DNA of 64,000 nt, taken from Octopus vulgaris (lineage: Eukaryota). The notes under the pieces were generated by a model. It made no database searches. It was not told the origin of the DNA and saw only the letters and a program-made list of their open reading frames with translations. Positions 1 through 13,250 of this stretch are shown one piece after another. How positions within the stretch are numbered: the first letter of the stretch is position 1; each line of letters opens with the position of its first letter. A program made the translations under genes and the position numbers. Location: positions 48,670,001 through 48,734,000 of the forward strand of contig OX597819.1 of NCBI GenBank assembly GCA_951406725.2, written 5' to 3'.

Positions 1-176
1 CATATATACTGGTGGATAGGTTCACAGAGACAGGTGCAAAACCTGGAATTGTTGCTGAAGCCCATTCTGGATGAAGTCATGATTGGTTAGATTTTGTTGA
101 TCACATAGGTAATAATCTAGCAAATAGCGACACTGGATATAGTAATCAATTCTGGAATATTCCTACAACACACACA

Positions 177-246
<70 letters not shown>

Positions 247-329
247 ACATATATATATATATATCAATAATAATAATAATAATAAGAATTATTATGAAGT
301 AGCATAGTATTACCTTTAATTCCTTTATA

Positions 330-632
330 TCATCATCATCATCATTCATTTAGCGTCCGTTTTCCATGCTAGCATGGGTTGGAGCACTGGGGTCTGTGAA
401 GCCAGAAGGCTTCATCAGGCCCAGTCAAATCTGGCAGTGTTTCTACGGCTGGATGCCCTTCCTAACGCCAACCACTCCGTGAGTGTAGTGGGTGCTTTAC
501 GTGCCACCCGCACTGGTGCCAGACAGAGCTGGCAAACGGCCACGAACGGATGGTGCTTTTTATGCCACCGGCACGAAGGCCAGGCGATGGCAACGGACAC
601 GAAACGGGGCGGTGCTGGCAACGGTCGCGAAA
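330..632 (-). mobile_element. RTE-type non-LTR 3' tail, 5'-truncated, with (GAT)n tail
   Basis: (CAT)n followed by TTTAGCGTCCGTTTTCCATGCTAGCATGGGTTGG...CTGGATGCCCTTCCTAACGCCAACC. The same tail is attached to the RTE ORF end at 15217-16021. Confidence 0.75.
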
Positions 633-634
633 CG

Positions 635-668
<34 letters not shown>

Positions 669-701
669 CTTCAAATAGACCTACACATGTTTCTGCATAC
701 A

Positions 702-733
<32 letters not shown>

Positions 734-993
734 GCATTTAAGAGAGAAGCATGCACACATAAACAGCTCAAAAGTAAATGGACACTTTCCAGTATACCAT
801 TTTAAATGTGCAGACACTACTCATTAGTATGATGTCCAAATGAGTTAAACCAATAAAAACTGAACAAAGCATGTCTACTAAATACTAGATTAAATATTTA
901 TATGTATCAAATGACATTTGTTTCTAGAAATAAATCTTTTAAAAAATGGTGGCGTCTACTTACTTTTCAGATGTCTGTGTGTGTGTGTATATA

Positions 994-1029
<36 letters not shown>

Positions 1030-1057
1030 TGTATGTATGTATGTATGTATGTATCTA

Positions 1058-1142
<85 letters not shown>

Positions 1143-1152
1143 ATATATATAA

Positions 1153-1674
1153 CCTCATCCGACGACAGGCACGTATGCCTACCCCCCTTTGCTTGCGAAG
1201 ACCTGTTGGGGCAAGTGAAATCGGAATCGAAATTGAACCAATCCTATGACTGGCACCCGGCAGATGCCAGGACCCCTGGACTGGAGATACGTAAAAAGCA
1301 CTATCCGAATCGTGGCCGATGCCAGCGCCGCCTCGACTGGCTTCGTGTCGGTGGCACGTAAAAAGCACCATCCGAATTGTGGCCGAAGCCAGTGCCGCCT
1401 CGACTGGCTTCCGTGCAGGTGGCACGTAAAATGCACCAATCCGCCCGTGGCCGATGCCAGCCTCACCTGGCACCAGTGCAGGTGGCATGTAAAAAGCACC
1501 CACTACACTCATGGAGTGGTTGGCGTTAGGAAGGGCATCCAGCTGTAGAAACATTGCCAGATAAGACCGGAGCCTGGTGCAGCCTTCTGGCTTCCCAGAT
1601 CCCCGGTCAACCGTCCAACCCATGCTAGCATGGAGAACGGATGTTAAACAATGATGATGATGATGATGATGATG
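1153..1674 (+). mobile_element. RTE 3' UTR with internal 63-68 bp tandem units and (GAT)n tail
   Basis: GTAAAAAGCAC-type motif at 1291, 1358, 1426 and 1489, then GGCGTTAGGAAGGGCATCCAGC...GATGATGAT. CpG-rich, so probably young. Confidence 0.75.
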
Positions 1675-1682
1675 ATATATAT

Positions 1683-1852
1683 AGGCGCAGGAGTGGCTGT
1701 GTGGTAAGTAGCTTGCTAACCGACCACATGATTCCAGGTTCAGTCCCACTGCGTGGCATCTTGGGCAAGTGTCTTCTGCTATAGCCCCGGGCCGACCAAT
1801 GCCTTGTGAGTGGATTTGGTAGACGGAAACTGAAAAACCCTGTCGTATATAT

Positions 1853-1892
<40 letters not shown>

Positions 1893-2100
1893 GTTTGTGT
1901 GTCTGTGTTTATCCCCCTACCATTGCATGACAACGGATGCTGGTGTGTTTACGTCCCCGTCACTTAGCAGTTTGGCAAAAGAGACCGATAGAATAAGTAC
2001 TGGGCTTACAAAGAATAAGTCCTGGGGTCGATTTGCTCGACTAAAGGCGGTGTTCCAGCATGGCCACAGTCAAATGACTGAAACAAGTAAAAGAGTAAAA
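1683..2100 (+). mobile_element. Full-length tRNA-derived CORE-like SINE (family A)
   Basis: A-box-like GTGGCTGTGTGG, B-box-like GGTTCAGTCCC, CORE-like CTTGGGCAAGT, internal (TA/TG)n, A-rich end. More than 15 related copies in the window. Confidence 0.85.
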
Positions 2101-2478
2101 GAGATATATATATATTCTGTTAGTTGTTTTAGTCATTAGACTGCAGCAAAGCTGGAGCACGGCCTTGAAGGTTTTAGTCAATCAAATTGATCTCACTACT
2201 TATTTTATTTTCAAGTCTGGTACTTATTCTATTGATATCTTTTTGCCAAATGTGAAAGTTTACAGGGCTGTAAGCAAACGAACACTGCTTGTCAAACACT
2301 GTTCAGGGACAAACACAAAAACATGTATAATACATACATACATACATACACACATACATACATACATACATGCATGCATGCATGCATGCATACATACATA
2401 CATACATACATACATACATACATACATACATACATGCATGCATACATACATGCATGCATGCATGCATACATGTATGCA

Positions 2479-2515
<37 letters not shown>

Positions 2516-2654
2516 ATTAAATAAGTATTATATGATGATAATAATATAGTGGCGAGCAAGTGACACATTTACAAGTAAAATATAAACTAAATTCAAGTGG
2601 TATTTCAATACCCATTTCAATTTGAATTTAGTATATATATATATATATATATAC

Positions 2655-2830
2655 AGGCCAAATTTACAGGAAACAACAAGGAGGTGTATTAGATTGACAC
2701 TTAAGAAGAATAGAAAAGTCTTTGATGTCTCAAGCCTAGGCTCTTCCACAGAAAGGGTGTAGAGGAAACAATAGTGAGATATCTAAAAGAAAACGGAGAG
2801 AGAGAAAAAAATGTGAAGGGATTAATGATT
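2655..2830 (-). mobile_element. Penelope-like terminal-repeat remnant with degenerate hammerhead motif
   Basis: Homologous to 63765-63935. Minus strand reads CTTT CTGTGGA A GAGC CTAG GCTT GAGA CATC AAAG. Confidence 0.5.
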
Positions 2831-2834
2831 AAAA

Positions 2835-2882
<48 letters not shown>

Positions 2883-3131
2883 GATGGGCTTCTTTCAGTT
2901 TCTGTCTACCAAATCCACTCACAAGGCTTTGGATGACCCAAGGTTATGGTAGAAGGCACTTGCCCAAGGTGTCACACAATGGGACTGAACCTGGAATCAT
3001 GTGGTTGGGAAGCACACTTCTTATCACCCCACCCACACTTGTACATATTTCTCTCTCTTTCTTGCCCTCTCCCACCCTCTCTCTCTCACACAATATATAT
3101 ATATAAATATTGCTAAATTTGTCTTTGGACT

Positions 3132-3189
3132 AGTCTGATGAGTCATCCATAAGGCTATAACCTTCATGGATGCAAAACCATTGGTCACT
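3132..3189 (+). ncRNA. Degenerate type I hammerhead ribozyme motif
   Basis: AGT-CTGATGA-[GTCATCCAT AAGG ctataa CCTT c ATGGATGC]-AAA(for GAA)-ACCA T TGGT-C-ACT. This gives the core, stem II, palindromic stem III, a GUC site and a 3-bp stem I. Confidence 0.55.
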
Positions 3190-3213
3190 CTATGACCTGA
3201 CATTAACTTTATT

Positions 3214-3266
<53 letters not shown>

Positions 3267-3269
<3 letters not shown>

Positions 3270-3433
3270 TGTGGCTGTGTGGTAAGAAGCTTGCTTCCCA
3301 ATCACATGGTTCTGGGTTTAGTCCCACTGCATGACACTTTGGGTAAGTGTCTTCTAGTATAGCCTCAGGTCGATCAAAGCCTTGTGAGTGGACTTGGTAG
3401 ATGGAAACTGAAAGAAGCTCGTATATATATATG

Positions 3434-3466
<33 letters not shown>

Positions 3467-3668
3467 ATATTTGTGTCTGTTTTTGTCCCCCTACATTCGT
3501 TTGATGTCCGATGTTGGTGTGTTCACATCCCTGTAACTTAGCTGTTCAGGAAAAGAGCCCTATAGATTATGTACTAGGCTTACAAAGAATAAGTCCTTGG
3601 GTTGATTTGTTCGACTAAAGGTGGTGCTCCAGTATGGCCGCAGTCAAATGACTGAAACAAGAAAAAGA
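3267..3668 (+). mobile_element. CORE-like SINE family A, full length
   Basis: Colinear with 1683-2100. Confidence 0.85.
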
Positions 3669-3697
3669 ATACACGCACACACACATATATGTATATA

Positions 3698-3886
3698 TCA
3701 TCATCATCATCATCACCATCGTTTAACGTCCGTTTTCCATGCTAGCATGGGTTGGATGGTTCGACCGGGGATCTGGGAAGCCAGAAGGCTGCACCAGGCT
3801 CCAGTCTTATCTGGCCATGTTTCTACAGCTGGATGCCCTTCCTAACGCCAACCACTCCGTGAGTGTAGTGGGTGCTTTTTACGTGC
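3698..3886 (-). mobile_element. RTE 3' tail copy 1, left flank of the H2A fragment
   Basis: (CAT)n plus about 160 bp of the tail family, ending abruptly at TTTTTACGTGC. Confidence 0.8.
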
Positions 3887-4028
3887 TGGCAGCATTTCCT
3901 GCCAATTCCAACACCTCAGCAGCCAAATATTCCATCACAGCAGCCAAGTAGACTGGGGCTCCGGCACCAACACGTTGAGCATAGTTTCCCTTACGGAGAA
4001 GACGATGGATACGACCGACGGGGAACTG
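3886..4028 (-). pseudogene. H2A: Internal histone H2A fragment (47 codons), retro-captured
   Basis: Translates to [47 protein letters not shown], the canonical H2A histone fold. No start codon, N-tail or C-terminus, and no stops or frameshifts. Confidence 0.95.
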
Positions 4029-4186
4029 TCCGTTTTCCATGCTAGCATGGGTTGGACGGTTCGACTGGGGAATTGGGAAGCCAGAAGGCTGCACCAGGCT
4101 CCAGTCTTATCTGGCAATGTTTCTACAGCTGGATGCCCTTCCTAACACCAACCACTCCGTGAGTGTAGTGGGTGCTTTTTACATGC

Positions 4187-4189
<3 letters not shown>
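4028..4189 (-). mobile_element. RTE 3' tail copy 2, right flank of the H2A fragment
   Basis: Direct repeat of 3728-3886 with several substitutions. It lacks its own (CAT)n tail. Confidence 0.8.
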
Positions 4190-4258
<69 letters not shown>

Positions 4259-5510
4259 TTGTCTCAGTTTATGAAGCAAGAACAATGCTAGCCTGAGAAA
4301 GTTTATGATAAACTAACCTCATATTCAGAAAATACTTCTCAACTGGTATCTGGTATCTGGTTAATGTAACAAACATAGAAGTTAAGAATTGACGCCATGA
4401 CACCCTGAAGTTTTTGAAATGGATTAACAAAGGAATTGTCTGCAGAATTTGTAATTTATTATGTTTTCTATAAAGAAAACATTGATTGTAAAGCAAGTAT
4501 CTGTTTACTTTTGTAAGAGCTATAGAGAAAAATAAACAAATAAACGTATAAAAACCACCGATTATTTACTAAACCCTGAAGATATTGGACATATATCTTA
4601 TACGTATTCATTTGTATGCACAAGAAGTAATTTTGATAAAATTGAGAATAAAAGATTGGAAATTGAAAAATAAAATTTGATGATTGGTGAACATTTAAAA
4701 AAAATAAGATAAATAAAAAGAAAACAGTATATATGCATTATTGTTGATGTTAATGATAATGGTGATGGTAGTGGTGATGGTTATGGTGGTGATGGTTATG
4801 GTGGTGATGGTAGTGATGATGACGATGGTAGTGGTGGTGGTGGTGGTGGTGGTAATGTATCTCTTTTGTGGTATTTGAGTGCAATATACACACACACATA
4901 GACATAGAGATGCATACACATATACACACACACACAAATGTATGCACGTACACACACATGCACGCACATGCACATACACACACACACGCGTACAATTTAC
5001 TTTATATTTCAACAGAACTTGTGAAACGAAAAGAATTTTAAAAATTACATATGCATACATGCATACACACGTACATACATACATACATATAGGCAGACAC
5101 ATGGACAGACATGCTTACACACACACATACACACACACAAGTGTACACATATGCATGCAAACTGGAGACTGTTCAATTGTTTTGATAAACTAACAAACCT
5201 TTCAAACACTTTTTTTAAAAATTTTTATTGAAAACTATTAGAAAGTAAAAAGGAATTTGAAGTAGCAGAGTGCACACACACACGCGCGCACACACACATA
5301 TGTACAAATATGTATATGCGTACATATATATATATGTCCATGCATATTCATATATGTACATACATGTACAAATATACACATATGCATACATACATATACA
5401 AATATATACACACACACATGCATATATATATATGTGTGTGTGTGTATATATATATATATATAATATACGTTTAGAGGAGAAACAACGACAACATAATAAT
5501 AATAATGATG

Positions 5511-5585
<75 letters not shown>

Positions 5586-5886
5586 GTAATAATAATTACG
5601 ACAACTAAATGTGCAAAGCAAAACAATCAAGGGAAAAGAATACAACAAAAATAGACCATGAAAGATTGTTAGCAACTTCAACCAACAAACTAGTAACAGT
5701 ATCAATAGCAGCAGTTTTAGTTTGTTTTTTAATTTTCTTTCTCTCTCTTTTTTTTTTCTTTTTTCTTTTAAACCTTAAACACCATCTACAGATGCTCTGA
5801 AAATCAAAATTCCTAAATGTAAAAATGAGATTTGATTTCTCTTTTGTTAAGCAATAAAAATTATTTTTCTCTTTTTTGTCTACTTA

Positions 5887-6069
<183 letters not shown>

Positions 6070-6358
6070 TCACACACACATGCATGTATTCATTTTCATA
6101 AACACATTCATACATTGTCTAAAATTGTAAAGAAAGAGAACATGTATGATGAACTCTAATGACGAGTTTACAGCTCTTGTATCCATGCTGTAGATATTCA
6201 TTTGTACCTATTACCATAGGTGCATGGAGATATGTAACTAAAGGATGTGCATTAAGGTCTTGAACCTGAGACCTCATGAGTGTAGAGTGAACCTCTTAAC
6301 AATACAGTCATGCTGCATCCATACAAACATATATGCATTTATCCTCTATATGTGCATA

Positions 6359-6880
6359 CCGTAAATCCTCGAGTATAATCCGCATTTTTTTCCCAAAATT
6401 TAAAGGTCAAAATCCCTAGTACATACTATATACAAGGTTAAAAATGAAAAATATTTTCTAAGCAATGTCCAAGTCTCTATTTGCTGTCTGGGAATGTTTA
6501 TTCAGACGCACTTTGTGATGTCGGGCACAAAAATACCTTAAACTAAACCTGAAAGCAATGAAGCCCTAAAAGAATCATCCATAACTTGCAGTAAGCAACA
6601 TTTATTAAAATAAAAGTATTCAGAACACAGAATAACATGTAACAAAAACAATTTGCAAACATATTTACATTCCCATATAACAGTTAAGAACATCACCATT
6701 ATTGTATTAAACATGCATGAAAGTGTTTGTTTGACTAGGTGTTGCTAGCTTAATTACGCATGACTCAAGTTAGAGAAGGGATGTGTATTATACACAAGGT
6801 TTAGGTTTTTCAGAGGTACAGCCCCCTAAAAATCCCCTGCGTATTACACTCAAGGGCGAACTATACTTGAGGATTTATGA
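6359..6880. mobile_element. pogo/Tigger-like MITE
   Basis: TIRs CCGTAAATCCTCGAGTATA / TATACTTGAGGATTTATGA, TA on both sides. Inverted sister copy at 41221-41732. Confidence 0.85.
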
Positions 6881-7214
6881 TATATATTGTATACACCACC
6901 ATCACCATTTAATGTCTGTTTTCCATACTGACATGGGTTGGATGTTTTGGCTAGAGCTGGGAAGCTAGAAAGCTGCACCAAATTTAAGTTGCATATTTTG
7001 GTTTTGTTTCTTTGGTTCTATAGTTGGATGCCCTTCCTAACACCAGCCACTTTACAGAGTGTACTGGGTGCTTTATATATGGCACTGTCACAAGTATTTT
7101 TTATGTGGCACCAGCACTGACAGGGTCACCGAATAGCTTGCAAGAATCCCTCCCCCTACAGCTGTGAGTGAAGGGGGGCATCTATCTGTCTGTCTGAATA
7201 TCTAACTATACATA

Positions 7215-7595
7215 CATTCTTTTATTTGTTTCAGTCATTTGACTACGGCCATGTTGGAACATCACCTTTAGTTGAACAAATCGATCCAGGACTTATTCTC
7301 TGTAAGTTTAGTACTTATTCTTTTGATCTCTTTTGCTGAACCACTAAGTTACAGGGGACATAAACACACCAACATCAGTTGTCAAGCGATGGAACAAACA
7401 GACACACAACTACATACATACATACATACATACATACATACATACATACACACATACACACACACACACACGATGGGCTTCTTTCAGTTTCCATCTACCA
7501 AATCCACTTACATGGCTTTGGTCGACCTGAGGCTATAGTAGAAGACACTTGCCCAAGGTGCCACACAGTGTGACTGGCCACACAGCCACTCCTGT
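7215..7595 (-). mobile_element. CORE-like SINE family A
   Basis: Reverse complement of 1683-2100. Confidence 0.75.
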
Positions 7596-8290
7596 GGCTC
7601 TGCATACATTCATGCACACACACATTATTACTTCATCTTGTCTTACATTCAACCTGATTGTTCTGACTTACTTTCGTCGTTACATGTGTACGGATATGAC
7701 TTTTCATGCCATGTATCCATTGCTATAGGACTTTATAAGATATAAAATAGATCAAGAAATGAAATGATAGTGAGACATCTGTATATCATTGGATTTAAGT
7801 GACAAAAGCTTAAATCATGAAACCAACACCCTAACTACTAAGCCATGCACCTTCACTGGTGATATGTAGGGCCTCCAGCCATAAAAATCTACTTCGACAA
7901 ATCTTGTCTTATCCATGTAAGCATGGAAAAATGGATGTTAAACAATGATGTAAGTGTGTATGTCTGTCTGTCAGTATGTATGAATGTATGGACTCTTTTG
8001 CCATTCTTCTGGCTGCCCTAGTAGGTTTCAGTGACAAGCATTGCAAGATGACTGGTTCTAATTTGACTGCAAATTTTATGCCCGAGTATCTTTCTCCTAG
8101 AAGAGCTGCCTCCTCCACAGCTTAGTCAAAAATAATGCATGGTCCCTCTACACCTGGAAAATCTATTTAACCCATAGATGTGACCCTGAAGGGTACTACT
8201 ACTCTGAGTCAGAATGGACCTGGGAGTGATGGTAATTGAGGGGAGACTCTACACTCCTCACAACTCCAGAACTTCCGAACTATAGTCTCA

Positions 8291-8449
<159 letters not shown>

Positions 8450-8529
8450 TCACTTTTCCATGCTTACATGGGTAGGATAAGATTTATTGAAGCAGATTTC
8501 TATGAGTGAATGCCCTACATGTCACCAGT

Positions 8530-8790
8530 GGAAGCACATGGCTTAGTGGTTAGGTTGTTGGACTCCTGATTGTAAGATTGTGGTTTCAATTCCTGAACTG
8601 AGTGACGCATTGTGTTCTTGAGCAAAACACTTCATTTTATGTTGTTCCAGTCCACTCAGTTGGCAAAAATGAGTAATCCTGCAATGGACTGGTTTCCCAT
8701 CCAGGTGGGGAATATATATGTGTCATGAAACTGGGAAACTGGCCCTTATGAGTCAGCAAGATTTGAGAAGGTAACTTTCCTTTTACTTTA
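8530..8790 (+). mobile_element. tRNA-derived SINE with V-domain-like motif (family B), inserted in an RTE-tail repeat
   Basis: TGGCTTAGTGG and GGTTTCAATTCC boxes, GCAATGGACTGG..CCCATCCAG motif, TSD-like CTACATGTCACCA / CTACGTGTCACCA. Confidence 0.75.
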
Positions 8791-9201
8791 CTACGTGTCA
8801 CCAACCCTTGTCCCTCTCCAAACGAGGTAATATTTTCCCATGTCTGGACATGTTTTGCACAGAAGACTGGAAATAAACTGCCACATCTACCACTGATGGT
8901 TCGTTGTGAACTTCACACCACCACCACTATATGTACCACCAGTGGTTCATTTTCATAATTTGAAAAAATATTTTATTCTGTATGTCTGACATGGTTTTGA
9001 GAATATTTAAATAAGTTGAGCACCAGCATGGAAAATGGAAGTTAGAGGATGATGATGACAAGTGCTAAATATTAAAGTTTAATAATGAAATATTGTAAAA
9101 ATGCAAAAAGAATTACATTTCCTTGTAATTAAACGGTATCCAGTATGACTGGAAAAACATGGTATCACTGGTAAGTTCCAGTAACATGTTAAGGCAGTTA
9201 A

Positions 9202-9422
9202 CCCTTTCATTACCAACCCAGCTGAAACTGGCTCTGGTCCTGTAGTACAAATGTCTTGTTTTCATAAGTTTTGAATTAAAATCTTCCAACAAACCTTAGT
9301 CACAATTCATGTTCCTGACACTAGCTTAATGATAACTAAGTTATTTTACCAAATTCTTTGTTATGCTTAAAATAATTGAAAGAAACACAGAGCATCTCAA
9401 AATAAATATGGTAAGGAAAAGG
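9202..9422. mobile_element. piggyBac-type MITE
   Basis: TTAA|CCCTTTC...GAAAAGG|TTAA. Second copy at 28604-28828. Confidence 0.8.
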
Positions 9423-10090
9423 TTAATGATATTAGTTTCATATTTTGGCACAAGGACCTCAATTTTAGGGGAGGGTGTAAGCTGATTATATCAACCCCAG
9501 TGTTCAACTGGTACTTATTTTACTGACCTCAAAAGGATGAAAGACAAAGTGAACCTTGAAATTTGAATGTAAAGCTGGACAAAATTCCGCTAAGCATTTT
9601 GCCCAATGTACAAATGATTGTGTTGGCTCGCCACCCTAACACACTTAATGATATCCCTCTCTCTCTTTCGCAGAGGCACTGAGCAGCTATACGCACACAT
9701 ACACACACGGCAGTAACTTCCACCTACCGAATTCAATCACAAAGCTCCGGTCGGCTCGGGGCTATAGTGGAAGACACCTACCCAAAGTGCCACGCAGTGG
9801 GACTGAACCCGAAACCATGTAGCTAGGAAGCATCATTAAATAGTAAAACAGAAGTTAGTGTATTAATATTCCGGTATGAAGAGATACAACAGTATCTGAA
9901 TACTAGTAACCATTGTGGCTACTAGCGTAAAACAGCAACTACAGTACAATGGCAGTCACACATCACACCAGTGGGAGGAACCCACTTTACAACAGATTAT
10001 TAAAGCAAAAAATTACTATGAAACAAAGCCATCTAGCGCTTTCAAGATCTCAGAAGAACCTACTACTTTGCTTTTGACTTCATGTCTTAA

Positions 10091-10303
10091 CCCTTTAGCA
10101 TTTAAACGTTGCAACTGGTCCAAATATTTTGCCTGTTTCATATTCAGACTAGATCCAGCCTTTCACACCTACACTGCAATGTAGTTCTAAAGAGAAACAG
10201 TCACATCAAAATCTTGAAATCACCACGCGATAGTGCATTATTCATTCAAAATAATGTGAATAAACAAGCATTATATTTGTCAGAGTAATCTGAATGTTAA
10301 AGG
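10091..10303. mobile_element. piggyBac-type MITE (second family)
   Basis: TTAA|CCCTTTAGCATT ... AATGTTAAAGG|TTAT imperfect inverted termini. Confidence 0.55.
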
Positions 10304-10970
10304 TTATATCACTTTTATTCTCCCAATTGGTCCGTTGTTACAACTGTAGTTGGCTCACTTAGGGAATGTTCTTTCTGTTTATTCCTTTTATATTTTCTTT
10401 TCAGCACCTTTGTGACACTTGCCCTGTTTATTTTGCTTAATTGTAACTGGGGGCAAGTGTGCCCATATCATTTTAAACAGCCTGCTCATCTCTCTCTCTC
10501 TCTCTCTCTTCCCCTCTTATGCTCTTCTCTATCTCTCTCTTTCTCTCCCACTTACCCTCTTCTCTCTCTTGCTCTAACCCCCCTTCTCCCTCTCTCCCCC
10601 CCCACTCTTACCCTCTTCTCTCTTACCCTCTTTCTCTCTCTATCTCCAGTGACATTATTGCTGGAACCCGAAACCTTTCATGACATAAAACAATTTATGT
10701 ATGTGTCTCACCTCAACGGCAATATAACATTATCAAATTTCCTATTTCTTGAATCTCTTTTTGTAAAGTGCATACTATATATATTTTTGAATCCTACATG
10801 TTTAAATGCCTGTATAGAAGTATTTAGAGAAATGCACATAATTAACTACTACATGTATACATTTTCAAATATGAATTATATTCACTCATGCGTGTTTGCT
10901 TTGTTATACAATTCTATTGCCAAATCCATCCATCCATGCACACACACACACACACATACACACACACACA

Positions 10971-12196
10971 TTGGGTCATCCCATAAATAATGTGGTTTTT
11001 TCAATTGCATGAAGTAAAAGTTGGAGGGGGAACAGGATAAACTACCTGCATCAACTTGCTATAAAAGCAGGTAGTAATTGTACTTTGTACTTATTCTTAG
11101 TGCAAGTTTTTTCAAAGCTATAATGGAAGTGAAAATGGAGCATATTCAGCATATTTTGCTTTATGAGTTCAATAAAGGCAACAGCACGACGGAATGTGCA
11201 AGGAATATTAATGCCGTATATGGGGATTGGACAATAAGCATAAGCCAGTGTCAACAGTAGTTCCAGAAATTCTGAGCTAGAAATTACAGCTGAGAAGGCA
11301 AACCTCATCCTGGAAGCTCTGTGAAGCTCAACGAGGACATCCTGCAAACCCTGGTGGAACAAAATCCCATCATAACTGTTGAGGAACTAGCAGAGAAGCT
11401 TGGATTTGGTCATTCAACCATTCATCGACAACTGCAAGCCATCGTTGTCAGAAAATTCGTCAGAAAATTAGGTCAATGAGTTCCTCACAAACTTTCTGAG
11501 TCTAATCATGTCCAGAGAGTGAATGTGTTCACGAATGAACCTTTTATGGATCAAATAGTGATTGGTGATGAGAAATGGGTTCTCGCTGATGACAGTGGAT
11601 AAGGCGTTGTTATCTGTTTGGTGGGATACGAAAGGTTTAGTCCCCTTTGAACTTTTTAACTCAAACCAAACAATAACAAGGGAGATCCGCTGCAAGCAGC
11701 TTAAATCAGTTTGAGCTGCTTAAATCAGCACTAGAAACAAAAACAACCATCTTTGGTTTCAAGACAAAATGTGTTCTTCCATCAGAATAATATTCAGCCA
11801 CATACTGCTAAGATGACATTTCAAAGGCTGGAGCAGTTTGAATGGAAAACGTTGCCCCACCCACCATATTCACTGGACATTGCCCCATCTGATTATCATT
11901 TATTCTGCAGTCTTCAAAATCATTTGGATGGAAAAAATATGAATTCTTTAGATGAGGTGAGAAAATACTGGAGGAGTATTTTTCGTTACGGATAGGTGAA
12001 TTTTGGAAGCGGGGCCTTGCAAGTCTTCCAGGTGGATGGAAAGCATTGTAGAAAAAGAAGGAGAGTATATTTTAGATTAAAAAATCTCATCTAGGTCATT
12101 CCATAGGATGCCCTAAATTAAAAAAGAACTTTGTTTATCTTAATTTTGAAAACTAAAAGGAGTATAAAAATATGCATTATGTATGGGATGACCCAA
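10971..12196 (+). mobile_element. Mariner (DD34D-type) transposon with dead transposase
   Basis: TIRs TTGGGTCATCCCATAAATAATG / CATTATGTATGGGATGACCCAA, about 1.23 kb. ORF relics from ATG 11123: HILLYEFNKG, (W>*)VPH, GDEKW, HQNNIQPH, PHPPYSLDIAPSDYHLF. Multiple stops and frameshifts. Confidence 0.93.
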
Positions 12197-12475
12197 TATA
12201 TATATATACATACACACACACACACACATGCATGCATGTATGTGTGTGTATGTATGTATGTATGCATGTATATGAGTCTGAGAACTTGAAAAATTTCAGG
12301 ATAATACATGGTACACTGCAAGCTGGTCTGGATACTGTACTATCTGGGAATGAAACCTATAGCGGCTTACATTTAAATCCTGTGCTTATTAAATATTTCT
12401 CTCACTAGATGGAGTCGTTTTTTTGGGGGGTTGATCCTATATATATATATATATACACACATACATATTGTATGT

Positions 12476-13250
12476 ACTGAAAGAGTGATTGCTAGATTAA
12501 GAATAGGATGGAGGAAGTTCAGAGAGCTTTTAATTCTGATGGCAACCAATAGTCTCTCTATCCAAGTGAAAGTTGTATGATGCATATATATGACCAACAA
12601 TGTTACATGATAGAGAAACGTGGGCACTTAATGTAGAGGACATGTGAAGGCTAGAGAGGAATGAAGCTGGTATGGACCACTGGATGTGCAGTGTCAATGT
12701 GCATGTGCAACAGAGCACTAGTGTATTGAGTGAAATAAAAAAAAATAAATGCACCCTTTTAAAGCCTAGCCAGACTCATGGGCCCGGTTTCCCAGTTTCA
12801 ATAACGTATGTGTTCCCTAGCTGGATGGGACGCCAGTCCATTGCAGCGTTACTCCTTTTTGCCAGCTGAGTGGACTGGAGCAAAGTGAAATGAAATGTTT
12901 TGCTCAAGAACACAACGCATCGCCCAGTCCAGGAATCGAAACCACAATCTTACGATCATGATGCTGACACCCTAACACATAGCCACGTGCCTCCACTATT
13001 GAGAGAAAAGTTAGGCATAAAAGGAATTGTATGTAGGGTGCAAGAGAGAAGACTGTGCTGGTTTTGTTATGTGATCCATATGGATGTGGACAGTTGCATA
13101 AAGTGGATGGAACTTGTGGGCAGGGGAGGTGCATGAAGACATGGGATGGAGTATTGAAGACTGATCTCAAAATACTGAGCCTTATGAAAAAGATGACTAA
13201 TGACTGAGATATCTGGTGCTTTGCTGTACTCGTGAAGACCTGCCCACCAC
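12476..13250 (+). mobile_element. RTE LINE ORF C-terminal relic interrupted by a SINE
   Basis: Relic peptides ARLRIGWRKFREL, LREKLGIKGIVCRVQERRLCWF and GRGG..KTW-like. Confidence 0.75.
12736..12995 (-). mobile_element. V-domain-like SINE family B
   Basis: Reverse complement of 20488-20740. TSD TATTGAGTGAAA / TATTGAGAGAAA. Confidence 0.85.

Noticed and set aside
1285-1500. CRISPR-like repeat-spacer pattern
   Set aside because: The spacers are homologous to each other, it lies in an RTE 3' UTR of a eukaryote, and there are no cas genes.
3879-4094. Functional H2A gene (71-aa ORF)
   Set aside because: The start and first ~23 residues come from the repeat. H2A N- and C-termini and the histone 3' stem-loop are absent.
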